From the IMG/VR virus record IMGVR_UViG_2920951204_000001, positions 64,001 through 128,000 of that record: 64,000 nucleotides of DNA; one strand, written 5' to 3'. Under the pieces are notes generated by a model. That model saw only the letters and a program-made list of their open reading frames with translations, did no database searches and was not told the origin of the DNA. The stretch's first letter is position 1. The number at the start of each line of letters is the position of its first letter. Of this stretch, positions 37,647 to 49,387 are shown piece after piece. The DNA is from a virus. Lineage: Duplodnaviria > Caudoviricetes. A program made the translations under genes and the position numbers.

Positions 37647-38648
37647 ATGGCAGACGCAAATTTAATAAAATTAGCCGTAGATTCATATAAGGGACATATT
37701 GCTGGAAATTATTCTACAGAAGATTCTATGGAAGTATTAAGAAAAGCACTTATAGAAGCCAATGGTGGCTCTACTACATTAGATTTTAGAGCAATTAGAG
37801 ATGGAAAATGCAATGGTCTTTTCTCTATTGTAGAACAGATTATTAACAAAACTGTTATCGAAGGACTTCCTGAGAGTTGTCCTCTTTTTAATTATGTAGA
37901 ATGGAGAAACCTTAAAGAAGGAGATTCAAATATTTTTGAACTTCGTGATAATGGTGTATTTGTAGTATCAGATATTGCACAGGGTACACAGGGGCTTCGT
38001 AGACAGAGATTGACAGGTGGTGAAGAAATCACTGTTAAAACACAGTTAAAGGGTGTTAAAATTTACGAAGAACTTCGTAGAGTTCTTGCAGGTCGTGTTG
38101 ATTTCAACGATTTAATTGACAAGGTATCTGAATCTTTTCAGAAGAAGATGAGAAATGATATGTATGATGCTGTTGTAAGTGCATTTGCTGGACTTGCTGC
38201 CCCTTATTCAAATGGAACCGCTGGTTCTTTTGACGAAGGAAAACTTACAACTATCATTGATCATGTTGAAGCAGCAACTGGTAAAAAGGCTGTTGTTATT
38301 GGTTCTAAGCAGGCTGTAAGAAAGATTACAGGTGTTAAGGGTGCAGATGCTAATACTGCAAAAGAGGAGCTTTTCTCAATGGGATATTATGGACATTTTT
38401 ATACAACACCTATTATTGTAATGGAAAATGCTCATAAAGTAGGTTCTACTGATTTTATTCTTGGAAATGATCTTTATATTGTAACTGGCGATGACAAGTT
38501 TATCAAAGGTGTAATCGAGGGGGATACTCTCATCATTGATGGAAAGGCAATTGATAATGCCGATTTATCACAGGAATATCTTATGGCTGAAGCTTGGGGC
38601 TTAAAAGCAGTTATCTCAGAACAGATGGGTATTTATAAATTATCATAA
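37647..38648 (+). CDS. major capsid protein
   Basis: 333 aa; highly expressed codon bias; synteny; downstream terminator. Confidence 0.8.
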   Translation: MADANLIKLAVDSYKGHIAGNYSTEDSMEVLRKALIEANGGSTTLDFRAIRDGKCNGLFSIVEQIINKTVIEGLPESCPLFNYVEWRNLKEGDSNIFELRDNGVFVVSDIAQGTQGLRRQRLTGGEEITVKTQLKGVKIYEELRRVLAGRVDFNDLIDKVSESFQKKMRNDMYDAVVSAFAGLAAPYSNGTAGSFDEGKLTTIIDHVEAATGKKAVVIGSKQAVRKITGVKGADANTAKEELFSMGYYGHFYTTPIIVMENAHKVGSTDFILGNDLYIVTGDDKFIKGVIEGDTLIIDGKAIDNADLSQEYLMAEAWGLKAVISEQMGIYKLS

Positions 38649-38709
38649 TTAATATTAGGAGAAGATACTTGTGGTCTTCTCCTATTTTTGAATAAAAGGA
38701 GGTTTTGTT

Positions 38710-39363
38710 GTGGCTTATACTAAAGAACAACGACAAAAGAAAGAAGCTGAAAAGGAAGCTAAGTTAAAGGCTGAAATTGAGGCTAAGATTCGTGCAGAAT
38801 ATGAAGAAAAATTTAAAATGGAATCTGTTAATAATTCTAAAGTTAACACAGATGATAAAAAGATAGAAAATACAACCAGTGTTGCAAAAAGAATTCAAAA
38901 AGCAATAAGAATTCCACTTGATACTATTGTCCCTGTCGTATGCAATACAGTTGGTGGTGCAATATATGTATCTAAAAAAATTATGGGATATCAGATTGAG
39001 TGGGATGATATTGGCTCAGTTGAATATATGGAATTAGGAGAACTTGCTTCTATGAGAAACACTGATAGAAGATTTTTTGAAGATAATTGGATTGTATTGG
39101 AAGATACCGAAGAATATACGGCTATGCAGTTATATGATTTTTTAAAGGTATCCAAATATTATAAAAATGTTTTTACCCCTGAAAACATAGATGAAATTTT
39201 TACTTATTCAAAAGATAAAATAATCAAAACCATTTCTACTCTATCTAAGGGGTTAAAAGAAACTATTGCGGCTAGAGCAAGACAGAAACTTGATGAAGAT
39301 ACATTAGATAAAAATATTATTGATACTCTTGAAACCGCATTAAATATTCAGTTTTCACTTTAA
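38710..39363 (+). CDS. head-associated hypothetical protein (YonA-like)
   Basis: Synteny after the capsid gene. Confidence 0.6.
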   Translation: MAYTKEQRQKKEAEKEAKLKAEIEAKIRAEYEEKFKMESVNNSKVNTDDKKIENTTSVAKRIQKAIRIPLDTIVPVVCNTVGGAIYVSKKIMGYQIEWDDIGSVEYMELGELASMRNTDRRFFEDNWIVLEDTEEYTAMQLYDFLKVSKYYKNVFTPENIDEIFTYSKDKIIKTISTLSKGLKETIAARARQKLDEDTLDKNIIDTLETALNIQFSL

Positions 39364-39377
39364 AAAAGGAGAATAAA

Positions 39378-39809
39378 ATGGCGACAACATATAATGAAAT
39401 ATTTGCCTCTTTTAAAGATGATATTACGGATACTGATTTGATATTATTATCAAAAGATTTACAGGACGAGACTTTAGTTTCACTGTTAAATAAAGCTATA
39501 ACAAAATGTGAAAGAATTTGTGATATAAATATGTCCAGAGATGATGTTGTACAAACTTTTGAGGAAGATATTCCTAATGATGTTATAGATATTATTGTAG
39601 AGTGGATGACTGTATTTTGGTTAAAGCCTTATTTGAATAATATGGAAAATTTAAGAAATGCTTTAAATACAAAAGATTTCACCTCCTTTTCTCCTGCTAA
39701 TTTATTAGAAAAAATTAGTAATAGGTATGAATTAGCTCGTAAGCACGCAAGAAGTTTAACAAACGAGTATTCATTTATTTATGCTGATATGTCGGGGTTG
39801 AAAACTTGA
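39378..39809 (+). CDS. head-tail adaptor
   Basis: MATTYNEIF..F...I, M...W, KDF..FSPANLL; synteny. Confidence 0.6.
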   Translation: MATTYNEIFASFKDDITDTDLILLSKDLQDETLVSLLNKAITKCERICDINMSRDDVVQTFEEDIPNDVIDIIVEWMTVFWLKPYLNNMENLRNALNTKDFTSFSPANLLEKISNRYELARKHARSLTNEYSFIYADMSGLKT

Positions 39810-40135
39810 TTGAAGTTAAATATGGGCTTATACCAAAGGAAAGTTTCTGTAACTATTTTAGATTTCTTATTAACAGAACTTATAAAATACTACCTCTTAA
39901 AGAGGAGAATTCAGAAACTTTAAATTCTTATCTCGAAAGTTTTTTGCGTGAACTTATCGGAAATAAAGAGTTGGTTACAGTTCTAATTAATGAGCCTCGT
40001 TTTATAACTGTATTAAATACTATTCAGTATCTCATATCAGAGGACTATTCTATAGAAACATGTAAAAGTGAAGTATTCAAATGCATTCACATCTTAGAAG
40101 AAATTAACGCCCGTTATTTTAAAGGTGGTGATTGA
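39806..40135 (+). CDS. hypothetical protein in the head-tail module
   Basis: YKILPLKEE...EVFKCI; overlaps its neighbour. Confidence 0.6.
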   Translation: MIEVKYGLIPKESFCNYFRFLINRTYKILPLKEENSETLNSYLESFLRELIGNKELVTVLINEPRFITVLNTIQYLISEDYSIETCKSEVFKCIHILEEINARYFKGGD

Positions 40136-40138
40136 TAA

Positions 40139-41128
40139 ATGGATAGATATGAAGCAAGAATAAAACTTTTTGGTTCTACTCAAAGAGAACGAAATGTTAA
40201 TAAATTAAAACAATCAATTTGGGCAAAGCTACCTGATAACCCTTCATATAAAAGCGTAAAGATAAACGATAAAGAAAGATTTCTTTGTATTAATACTGGT
40301 ACTCAACCTTATTATAAAGAATTTGAAACTTTACCAAATGAAGACATTAATATTGGAGACTATGTGGATTTTGCTAATTCTAAATGGATTGTTGTTACAT
40401 GCGATAGTGATAATGAAATTTATCGTGATGGAAAATTATATCAATGTAATTATTTATTAAAATGGCAAAATGACATTGGAGAAATTATTGAACGTTGGGC
40501 TTTTATTGCTAGTGCAAGTAAATATAATGACGGAACTACTGGAAATAATGTTATTACACTTGGTTCTGATCAATTGTCTGTTGTAATACCATTGGACGAA
40601 GAATCGTTAAGGTTAAAGAAAAACCAAAGTAGAAAATTCTTTATTGACAATAACAAAACAAATCCAACGACATATGAATTGACTGGTACAGGAAATGTAC
40701 CCGATACATATGATGGTCATGGTGTAACTTCGTGGATTGTGAAAGAGTGTGAATATACACCAACGACAGACGATTTAAAATATGGTGTCTGTAATTATCA
40801 TTCTACTCTATCTATATCTGATATTTCAACGGAAGAAATGACTGTTTCAATTGTTGGTTCAGATATTATTAAAATCGGCAAAACAAAAACCTGGACTGTC
40901 AAATTTAGAGATAGAAATGGAAATGATTTAGAATATCTTGATTGGAAATGGAATATCAAATCAGATTTTGATATTTCTGAACTTGTCATACAAGAATCGG
41001 GGTCGGATATTAAAATAACTACTCAAGATGATGACTCGTTAGTAAATGGGTATTTCTTATTGCAAATTTTAAAAAATGATGAAACTGTAATAACTGAAAA
41101 ACAAATTAATATTGGGGAGGTGTATTAG
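40139..41128 (+). CDS. head closure/connector-like protein with Ig-like C-terminus
   Basis: GD.V.....W.V, CNYLLKW; synteny. Confidence 0.55.
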   Translation: MDRYEARIKLFGSTQRERNVNKLKQSIWAKLPDNPSYKSVKINDKERFLCINTGTQPYYKEFETLPNEDINIGDYVDFANSKWIVVTCDSDNEIYRDGKLYQCNYLLKWQNDIGEIIERWAFIASASKYNDGTTGNNVITLGSDQLSVVIPLDEESLRLKKNQSRKFFIDNNKTNPTTYELTGTGNVPDTYDGHGVTSWIVKECEYTPTTDDLKYGVCNYHSTLSISDISTEEMTVSIVGSDIIKIGKTKTWTVKFRDRNGNDLEYLDWKWNIKSDFDISELVIQESGSDIKITTQDDDSLVNGYFLLQILKNDETVITEKQINIGEVY

Positions 41129-41129
41129 T

Positions 41130-41606
41130 ATGTCACAGATATTAAAAGACATTGGAGCTTGTAAATCTGTTATCATTAATTCTCTCCTTGATAATACAGA
41201 AATAATGGAATTGATGTTGGGTAAAAATTTCACCGAAACCCAAGTAGATAATATTGTTTATGAGCAGATATTTCCATATTTATATATAGATGAAACACAA
41301 ATAGAAACAAAATCTTATATATGTTGTGAGGTCAATATTCCTAAAATACCCACTTCTACAATTAAAAATATTTCTATTTGTTTGTGGGCTTTCTGCCATA
41401 AAGATATAATGAAATATTCTAAGAAGGGATATAAAGGGTCAAGAGCGGATATTCTTGCTGATATGGTGGAACGTTGTTTAAGAAATTCGAATAAATTTGG
41501 TATTGGTAAATTACATTTAGATTCTGTAACTAATATCTACCCTAACAATAAAACATACGGAAGAGAAATGATATTTACTATTCCAGATTTTAAGATAAAG
41601 GAGTAA
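41130..41606 (+). CDS. tail terminator/completion-like protein
   Basis: IFPY.YI, R.DIL...V, GIG.L; synteny. Confidence 0.55.
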   Translation: MSQILKDIGACKSVIINSLLDNTEIMELMLGKNFTETQVDNIVYEQIFPYLYIDETQIETKSYICCEVNIPKIPTSTIKNISICLWAFCHKDIMKYSKKGYKGSRADILADMVERCLRNSNKFGIGKLHLDSVTNIYPNNKTYGREMIFTIPDFKIKE

Positions 41607-41610
41607 CATT

Positions 41611-42369
41611 ATGAGATTAGATTATTTTACTCTTTTATCTCCAACTTCTTTTTATATAGAAAATGTTGGGAACATATTTTCACCTAAATTAAAGGACATT
41701 TCTAAAATTGGAATTGATGTTTATAATTTTTATATTTCTCTTCTCCTATTCAATCCTAAAACTTATTTTGGAATTATTGGGAAATTAAAAGAATATGAAG
41801 AAAATAATATTGAATTAACCAGTCAAGAAACTTATGAGCTTTTTGTTTCGAGTGAGTATATAGCAACTCTATTGCAAAATGCATTTAATTTCTTTTTTAT
41901 ACAAAATGTAGTGTTCTATCAAGAAGAGAAATGTTTTTTAGTAGCTAAAGATTTAAATGATATAAAAAATACAGTTATAGGTGTTATTAATGTGAGTAAT
42001 TACCAATATGTTACTGACTTAATATTACAGTTTAATAATATACATAAATCTGAAGAATATGATATGAATAAAATTAAAAGCAAAAAGGCATTAGAGATAG
42101 TAAAGAAAATACAAAAAGCAAAAAAGCAAATAAAATCTCAAAAAGAAAATAATGAAAATGTTGATTTGGGAAATATAGTTTCTGTTGTTGCGAATAAGCA
42201 TCCAAGTATAAATATGACAAATATTTATGATTTGACAATATATCAACTTTGGGATTCTTACATTCGATTAATTAACAACAATATCTATAATATTCAATCA
42301 ACCAATATGGCTGTATGGGGAAATAAAGACTTTGATATTTCTTCATGGACAAAAAAAATAGATAACTAA
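41611..42369 (+). CDS. hypothetical tail-module protein
   Basis: ORF track; DLTIYQL motif. Confidence 0.6.
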   Translation: MRLDYFTLLSPTSFYIENVGNIFSPKLKDISKIGIDVYNFYISLLLFNPKTYFGIIGKLKEYEENNIELTSQETYELFVSSEYIATLLQNAFNFFFIQNVVFYQEEKCFLVAKDLNDIKNTVIGVINVSNYQYVTDLILQFNNIHKSEEYDMNKIKSKKALEIVKKIQKAKKQIKSQKENNENVDLGNIVSVVANKHPSINMTNIYDLTIYQLWDSYIRLINNNIYNIQSTNMAVWGNKDFDISSWTKKIDN

Positions 42370-42428
42370 TTATAAAGACCTATTTATTGGGTCTTTTTTA
42401 TTTTACATAAAATAAAGGAGGATTTAAT

Positions 42429-43160
42429 ATGTCTAATAAAAATATGGCAAATAGAGAAGTTTGTGATCTTATTTTTGTAGATTATTCTACAAAGAAACCT
42501 TTTTTAAATTTAGATTTTGCCAATGTTACTACTACTGAACTTACAGGTGAAAATGTATATGCTTATGGTGGAAAGGGACATCCTAAAAGAGTGTCCTTCA
42601 GTGGCGAAAAAGGTGGAACTCTTACAGTTGAAACACAGATTCAGACAGTTAAGTTATGGCAGTTAATTACTGGCGGTGAAGTTTCTAAGACTGCAAAGTT
42701 TATGACTAGAGAAGAACTTGTTGTTGGTACAGGTGGAACAGAAATAACATTATCTGATACACCTGTTGCTGGTTCAGTTGTCATTTATAAAGCAGATGAT
42801 GATTGCGGTACAGAGCTTGCTAACTCAGTTGATGCAAAGAAAGCGACTCTTACTCAAGCTCTTACAGAAGGCGATAAAGTAATCGCTTATTACATTAAAG
42901 AACTTACGGATAAAGTTGAAAGAATCAATATTAAGTCTACAAGTTTTCCTAAGAATTTCATTGTTTATGGTGATACTATTATGAAGACAGAAGATGATGA
43001 GATTCTTCCGATGAAGATGACTGCATATAAATGTGCTCCTCAGAGCAATATTTCTCTTGGTTTCTCAAATAATGGAGACCCACAGACAGTTACAATTACT
43101 GCTGATTTAATGGCAGATGAAGATGACAATATGTTAGATCTTGCTCTTATTGAGGAATAA
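42429..43160 (+). CDS. major tail (tube) protein
   Basis: Highly expressed codon bias; YA.GG.G.P, F...GDP....IT.DLM; synteny. Confidence 0.7.
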   Translation: MSNKNMANREVCDLIFVDYSTKKPFLNLDFANVTTTELTGENVYAYGGKGHPKRVSFSGEKGGTLTVETQIQTVKLWQLITGGEVSKTAKFMTREELVVGTGGTEITLSDTPVAGSVVIYKADDDCGTELANSVDAKKATLTQALTEGDKVIAYYIKELTDKVERINIKSTSFPKNFIVYGDTIMKTEDDEILPMKMTAYKCAPQSNISLGFSNNGDPQTVTITADLMADEDDNMLDLALIEE

Positions 43161-43211
43161 TTTTTGAAGAGTGCAACTTGCACTCTTCTTTTACTTGGAG
43201 GAATTAAAAAA

Positions 43212-43451
43212 ATGATACAGAAATGCAAAGTTACATATCACAACAAGTTCCTCAATATTATTGTTTTTGAATTTAAGGGAAAAGAAATTCAGATGACATT
43301 GGATATTCCTGACGAAACAAAAGTTGTGTATATAAAACATGAAAATGGCAAATATTCTGCTGCATCTGAACAGGAATATAATAACTCTAAAATTTCCACA
43401 AAAAATGTTCAGAAGATAGTGAAAGGAAAACCATTGGAAAAATCAGAATAA
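43212..43451 (+). CDS. hypothetical protein
   Basis: GGAGGA RBS before MIQKCK. Confidence 0.6.
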   Translation: MIQKCKVTYHNKFLNIIVFEFKGKEIQMTLDIPDETKVVYIKHENGKYSAASEQEYNNSKISTKNVQKIVKGKPLEKSE

Positions 43452-43544
43452 ATATTGTAGTTAGTTTTAATTATTATACCTATAGGGATAGCATTACTAC
43501 AATATTTGTTTCTTGCTATCCCTATTTTTTACGATTTAAGGTTG

Positions 43545-43793
43545 GTGATTAAAATTAACAAAATATTTAACTCTTTAGATGAGGTATATGAATGCTATGG
43601 AAAAGAAAATATTATACCCATAACTCAATTACCTCAGATAATTTTTTACACATCTAAGTGGCATATTCAACCCAAATGGATACAAGAAAGTGACAAAAAT
43701 GCTGGTCATTTATGTTGCTTTTTTCATAAGGGCGAAACAAAAAAATGCTACGAAGAATGGACAAAAAATCGTCCAAGCAATGAGGTGAAGTGA
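43545..43793 (+). CDS. hypothetical protein (possible ATT start at 43554)
   Basis: ORF track; AAGGTTGGTG RBS. Confidence 0.55.
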   Translation: MIKINKIFNSLDEVYECYGKENIIPITQLPQIIFYTSKWHIQPKWIQESDKNAGHLCCFFHKGETKKCYEEWTKNRPSNEVK

Positions 43794-44068
43794 TGAATAT
43801 AGATAACATTTCAAAAAAGACACCATTAGAACCATACATAGAGCTTGATGGTGGGTATGCGGTTTGTGTACGTTGTGGTGAAGAAATATCGCCTCGGCAA
43901 AAAGTTTGTTCTTGTGGACAAATTCAAGATTGGTCTTGGTTAAATAAAAACAAGGAGGGAAAAAATGAAGAAAATAAATTTAAAGGGAATTACTCCCGAA
44001 GCGATTACAAGAATAGTTGTTTTACTTATAGCATTAATCAATGCAGTATTACAGATATTCGGAATTAA
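43790..44068 (+). CDS. small zinc-finger protein
   Basis: CVRCG...CSCGQ..DW; 3' end overlaps the holin gene. Confidence 0.5.
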   Translation: MMNIDNISKKTPLEPYIELDGGYAVCVRCGEEISPRQKVCSCGQIQDWSWLNKNKEGKNEENKFKGNYSRSDYKNSCFTYSINQCSITDIRN

Positions 44069-44273
44069 TACAATTCCTGTTACAAATGATGAAGCATCAG
44101 AAATCGTGTCAATTGTATTTTTAATTATAATGACATTGTATAATACATATAAAAACTTCAATGTAACGCCTGCTTCTCAGATTGCCCAGAATATCACCGA
44201 TTCAATTAAGAATGGCGAATTAGTTGCTGAAGATATTGAAGAAATATTAAAGAAGATTAAAGAAAGCAGGTAA
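43965..44273 (+). CDS. SPP1-family phage holin
   Basis: TRIVVLLIALINAVL..FG...IP...YKNFNVT.A. Confidence 0.8.
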   Translation: MKKINLKGITPEAITRIVVLLIALINAVLQIFGINTIPVTNDEASEIVSIVFLIIMTLYNTYKNFNVTPASQIAQNITDSIKNGELVAEDIEEILKKIKESR

Positions 44274-44281
44274 TAGTATGA

Positions 44282-44806
44282 ATGGATGCAATAAAGGAAC
44301 TTACACAGATTAATTATGGTACTTTAATTATTGCCATTTGTACTATTTTATTAGCATTTAAATTTATGTGGACGTTATTTGATTGGTTCATTAAATTGTT
44401 AGGTTTGGAAACGAGGTCTATGCGACTAAAACGTGAAGAACATGAATTGTTAATTGCTACGTCTAAAGCACTTAATGAATTAAAAGAAAAAGAATGCGAA
44501 GATACTAAACAAGCAATCAAACATGACCAAATGATTAAAAATGATTTGGTAAAATTATCCGAAACTGTTGATAATATTGCCGTCACTCTTAATGAAATGA
44601 AAGAAAAAGATAATATTACGGAAGTTAAGAAACTTAAAGAAAAACTTGTAGCTTATTATAATAAATACAAAAATTCAGAAGGATGGACAAAAGTTGAAAA
44701 AGATGTCTTTTGGGATTTATTTGATGACTATGAAAAAAGAGGTGGAGACGGATTTATACATTCAATAGTTGAACCCGTTATGCGAGAAATGAAAGAAATT
44801 GATTAA
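44282..44806 (+). CDS. membrane-anchored coiled-coil protein (lysis-module associated)
   Basis: N-terminal TM helix; C-terminal Y...GG.G..H motif. Confidence 0.55.
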   Translation: MDAIKELTQINYGTLIIAICTILLAFKFMWTLFDWFIKLLGLETRSMRLKREEHELLIATSKALNELKEKECEDTKQAIKHDQMIKNDLVKLSETVDNIAVTLNEMKEKDNITEVKKLKEKLVAYYNKYKNSEGWTKVEKDVFWDLFDDYEKRGGDGFIHSIVEPVMREMKEID

Positions 44807-44863
44807 GTTTGAAAGAGCGGTTTCTTCGGGAATCGCTTTTTCATTTAATGTATAAAGAGGTGA

Positions 44864-45307
44864 ATGAAAATACAAGAAATAAAATTAGTGATTGATAATT
44901 TATCACTTGAAGAATATGAAAAATATTATTTTGAAAAACATCCGAGAGCAAGTAAAAAGCCAATAGATAATCCATATCATCCTACTATAAACCAGTGGAT
45001 GATAATGAAAAGACCTATGATGAATGCCCTTAAACAAAAATGGAAAGATTTCATACGATGGTTTATTGATAATCAAGGTTATTCTAACCTACACATTGAA
45101 AAATGCGAAATGAAATTTATTACATATTATAAGACAAATCGTAGACATGACATAGACAATAGTTGTCCTAAATTTATCTTGGATGGATTTTCAGAAAGCG
45201 GATTTATCATTGATGACGATAGTAAACATATAACAAAGATAACAATGGAATGTCATGTAGATAAAGAAAATCCAAGAACAGAAATTGAAGTAATAATACG
45301 ACAGTAG
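44864..45307 (+). CDS. rusA: RusA-like Holliday junction resolvase
   Basis: RRHDIDN...K.ILDG....G.I.DDD...I...DKENPRTEI. Confidence 0.8.
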   Translation: MKIQEIKLVIDNLSLEEYEKYYFEKHPRASKKPIDNPYHPTINQWMIMKRPMMNALKQKWKDFIRWFIDNQGYSNLHIEKCEMKFITYYKTNRRHDIDNSCPKFILDGFSESGFIIDDDSKHITKITMECHVDKENPRTEIEVIIRQ

Positions 45308-45422
45308 CAAGTAAGCTAATCACACAAAATAATATTATACTATAACTAATTTTACACGAATGTAAATTTTTCCATTATATAATTCATGTATAAACAATAA
45401 GCATATTGAACACATTAAAATT

Positions 45423-45617
45423 ATGGAAAATAAATTATGGTATTATAGAAATAAAAATAATATAACATTACAAGAGCTATCTCGATTAAGTGGAATTTCT
45501 GTTGCAGAGTTAAATCGCATCGAGAATGGATACACAAATGATATTATGTTGAGTAACGCCATTACTCTTTCCAAAATTTTACACGTAGATCTTTATGAAT
45601 TGTTTTGTATTAAATAA
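45423..45617 (+). CDS. XRE family HTH regulator
   Basis: L.YYR....ITLQELSRLSGIS..ELNRIENG. Confidence 0.85.
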   Translation: MENKLWYYRNKNNITLQELSRLSGISVAELNRIENGYTNDIMLSNAITLSKILHVDLYELFCIK

Positions 45618-45826
45618 TGGAAAGGGGTGACAGTATGGGAAACTCGACATTCTTTAAACTTGTATGTGTTGATGAAAATGACGTGTTTGAGTATAAGGTT
45701 TTGGAAGATGTAAATAAGGCAACTTTAGATGAAGTTCACATCTTTGTTGAACAAAATATACATAAACACAAAAATGCAAAGTGGTTGTTATTGCCTTGCG
45801 AAGTCGCATTAAAAACAAAAAACTAA
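45617..45826 (+). CDS. hypothetical protein
   Basis: Translationally coupled to the HTH gene. Confidence 0.6.
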   Translation: MERGDSMGNSTFFKLVCVDENDVFEYKVLEDVNKATLDEVHIFVEQNIHKHKNAKWLLLPCEVALKTKN

Positions 45827-45900
45827 ATAATTAAATTATCTAAAGGAGACTGGTTTTGTGACCAGTCTCTTTTTTGTATTGGAAAGAAAGGAATAAATTT

Positions 45901-46260
45901 ATGATAAAGAAAGTTAAGGAATATTTTGAATATAAGAAAAATTTGAGAACAGTTAAAAGAAACATTGTAAAATTCGGTTCTACTGCTCTTCCATTGGTGA
46001 ATTTAATAACTAAAAACGCTTTAGATTTGATTAATTTTGCTACAAGAGTTTTAGATGAATGTAACAACCTTAAAGAAGATGAATTGTTAGATAGGTTACA
46101 GTCAATTATTAAGGAGTCTACTTCTGTTCTTGCTGATAAATTTGAAACTGATGAAGCAAGATTATTCGAAATTGTAAAATATATTGTTACACTGGATAAA
46201 GCCGATATACAGAAAATCATTACTGATGCACAGGTTGAAACATTGAATAAGGACAAGTAG
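45901..46260 (+). CDS. hypothetical protein
   Basis: ORF track; GAAAGGA RBS. Confidence 0.6.
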   Translation: MIKKVKEYFEYKKNLRTVKRNIVKFGSTALPLVNLITKNALDLINFATRVLDECNNLKEDELLDRLQSIIKESTSVLADKFETDEARLFEIVKYIVTLDKADIQKIITDAQVETLNKDK

Positions 46261-46263
46261 AAA

Positions 46264-46749
46264 ATGTCAATAAAAAATTTAAAAGATTTAAAAAAGGTTT
46301 TAGAACCATACTTAGTAAAGGCTTTAGAATTAACACGAGATGATATTTATGATGTTTTTTCAAAAATGCTAAATGATTATTATACTGAACCTGTGTTTAA
46401 TAATCCCAATGATCCTACTCAACCAGTTGTATATAAAAGAACTGATAAATTAAGAGACTCATTTACGGCAAGCGAGATAATTAAATTTGATGGTATCTAT
46501 TCTTTTCGTGTGGGATACTGGGACGATTATTTAACTTTTCGATATCCAGGAAATAGCAAATGGAAGAATAATGTTCCTGCTACGGGTCAAGATGTCTTAG
46601 AGTGGTTTAATTCTGGCTCGCACGGTGGAACTGTGAAGGGTTCTTTTAATTTTTGGGATATGGGACTTGATTACATACAAACTGAATATGGCGGTATACA
46701 AAGAATGTTTATATCCAATTGTAAAAAAGTTGGTCTAAACATACATTAA
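46264..46749 (+). CDS. conserved virion-module protein upstream of the tape measure gene
   Basis: Y..P..Y.RT..L..S motif; synteny. Confidence 0.55.
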   Translation: MSIKNLKDLKKVLEPYLVKALELTRDDIYDVFSKMLNDYYTEPVFNNPNDPTQPVVYKRTDKLRDSFTASEIIKFDGIYSFRVGYWDDYLTFRYPGNSKWKNNVPATGQDVLEWFNSGSHGGTVKGSFNFWDMGLDYIQTEYGGIQRMFISNCKKVGLNIH

Positions 46750-46828
46750 AAAACTAAATTTTATTAACGCTTCCTTCGAGGCGTTATTTTTGTGTAAAAA
46801 ATAAAACTTTGAAAGGAGAATAATAAAA

Positions 46829-49387
46829 ATGGATAATAACGAATTTGGTTTGAGACTGATTGCTGAATTAGATGGAACTAAATCTAAACAGCAACTCAAT
46901 CAAGATATTGAAGCCTTAAAAAAGCAACTTGGGAATATTGAAATTCAAGCAAAACTCGGTAAAAATGTAGTTGCAAATTTAACAAAACAGTTAAATGCTA
47001 CACAAATTAGTTTACAGAATGTAGATATTGATAAAAATGCCATCAATAGAATGGTGTCTCAGATTAACGGTGCTTTAAATCAAATTAATATAAATATTGG
47101 TGGTAATCTGAACAGTGGTGGGAATGTTCAGAATGCACAAAGGACTGGTCAACAAATTGGACAACAGATTCAGAATGGTGTCAACTCTGTTATTCAAAAA
47201 GGTGGATTCAATAAAATATTTAAAGATTCTGGAAATGGGCTTAACAATGTTTCTAAAGATGCAGAAAAATATTTTCAAACATTATCAAACACTGTTTCGG
47301 TTCAAGAAAAACTTGGTCAAAATAATAATTTAACGAGTTTTATTGTTTCATTAAAAAATGCAGAAGGCGTAACTGAACAACTCAATTATAGGTTACAAAC
47401 ATTAAAAGATAATAATGGAAATATTATAGAACGTTTTTTTGAATATTCTGGTGGTTCAATTAATAACAATGGCGTTATCAAGCAAATTGATATGATAGAA
47501 TCTAAAGCCGATAGTTTGCAAAGAACACTTGATAAACTAAAAAGTGAATACTCAGATCCTAATACAACAAAACCTATTAAAGATTCTGATCATATATCGC
47601 AATTAGAAGCACAGTATCTAAAAGTACAATCTGCTATTGATGGAGTGAGAAATGCAGATAACTCTACACTTTCCTCAATGGTAAACAATGCAAACAATGA
47701 AATAAATGCTTTAGAAATAATGGGCAGAGAATTTCAAAATGCTGAAACAACAGCTACGCAATTTAAAAATATTGACATCTCTTCAGGCATTGAACAGGCT
47801 TCAAATAGATTTGATAAATTGAAAGCTAATTCGAAAGACATTAAAGAGATGTCCACAACCTTAAAAGATCTTGAAACTTCTTTTGCCGATGTTAATGATA
47901 AAGCTTCTCTAGATAAATTTATTAATCAGCTTCGAGTCGGAGAAAGTCAGCTTAGTTCTATAAAAGCAGAACAAAGACAATTTGTTTCTGAAACTTCACG
48001 TTTAGCCACATCCGAAGCATGGAAAAAATGGGCAGATAATAATACTAAAGCATTAAAAAAATATGGTGATCAAATAGATAATCTTATTTCCAAAATGAAA
48101 AATTTAGATGATCCAATGACAAAAGCTGAGAAAAACAATCTTATTTCACAGTGGAATCAGATGAAAAATAATATCAGAACCGATGGATTACTTGGTATGT
48201 CGTCTGTGGATAAAATAAAAAATGCTTGGGAAAAATTTGGTGGTTGGTCTATAGCTACTGGCAGCTTAATGAAAGGCGTTAATGAAATAAGAAAGGCTAT
48301 TTCAGAATTAAAAGATGTTGACGATATTCTTACGGAAATTAGCAAAACTTCTAACAGAACAAAAGAAGAGTTAAAATCTTTAGGGAATGAATCTTACGAT
48401 AGAGCAAGTAAATTTGGTCGTACTGCTCCTGATTGGTTAACCGGTGTTCAGGAAATGAATCGAAGTGGGTTTTATGGTGAACAAGGCAATGCGTTAGCAG
48501 ATACATCTACTCTTGCTCAGTCTGCTGGCGATATGACCGCCGAAGTTGCCAATAATTGGATTTTAGCAACTAATGCTGCTTATAAATATCAAGCACAGAC
48601 TGAAAAATTAAATGCTGTATTGGATGGAACCAATGAGATCACCAATCGGAACAGCGTAAATATGACAGACATTGCAAATGCGATGACAACGGTTGGTTCA
48701 AATGCTGCAAATGCAGGCGTTCAAATTAATGAATTATCAGCTCTTATTGGTACTGCTGTTGCAACTACTAAAAAAGAAGGTAATGAAGTTGGTACTGCTT
48801 ATAAGTCTATTTTTGTTAATTTACAGAATACTTCTTCTAGTAAAATTCAAGCAACCTTAGAAAAAGCAGGAACTTCAATGACTGAAATTGTGAATGGAGC
48901 AGAACAATTACGTTCTCCTATTGCAATTCTTAAAGATTTGGCAAAAACCTATAATGAGTTAGACCAAAAAGATCCATTAAGATCAGAGATAACGAGGAAT
49001 ATTGGTGGTAAACATTATGCTAACATTTTAGGTAGCACTTTAGATGGGTGGAATCAATATGAAAAGATGCTTAAAGATTATTCTGAAGGTTCGGGATCAG
49101 CTATGGAGGAAGCTGAGAAGTCAGCCAATAACTGGACAGGATCGCTTAATAAACTGTCTAATAGTTGGACGAAATTAGTATCTAACTTTGCCGATTCTGA
49201 CGGAATTACAAAAGGAATTCAAGCTTTAGCGTCTTTGACAGATGGAGCAAGTTCTTTTGTCAAAGTAATAGATTCCATTAGCAAAAGCGTTAGTAATTTA
49301 TTTGGAATTTTAGGAGGAGAGGGTTCTTCTCTTGGTGGAACTATCGGTATTTTTACTGGTTTAATACAAAGTTTAACAGGTCATGGT
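46829..49387 (+). CDS. tail tape measure protein, exon 1 (853 codons)
   Basis: TP901-type TMP core (D..LTEISKTS, G..VG.A.KSIF.NL, GSAMEE); ends ...LTGHG at the predicted 5' splice site. Confidence 0.85.

Noticed and set aside
43965-44806. Complete lysis cassette
   Set aside because: A holin is present but no endolysin motif is recognisable in this window
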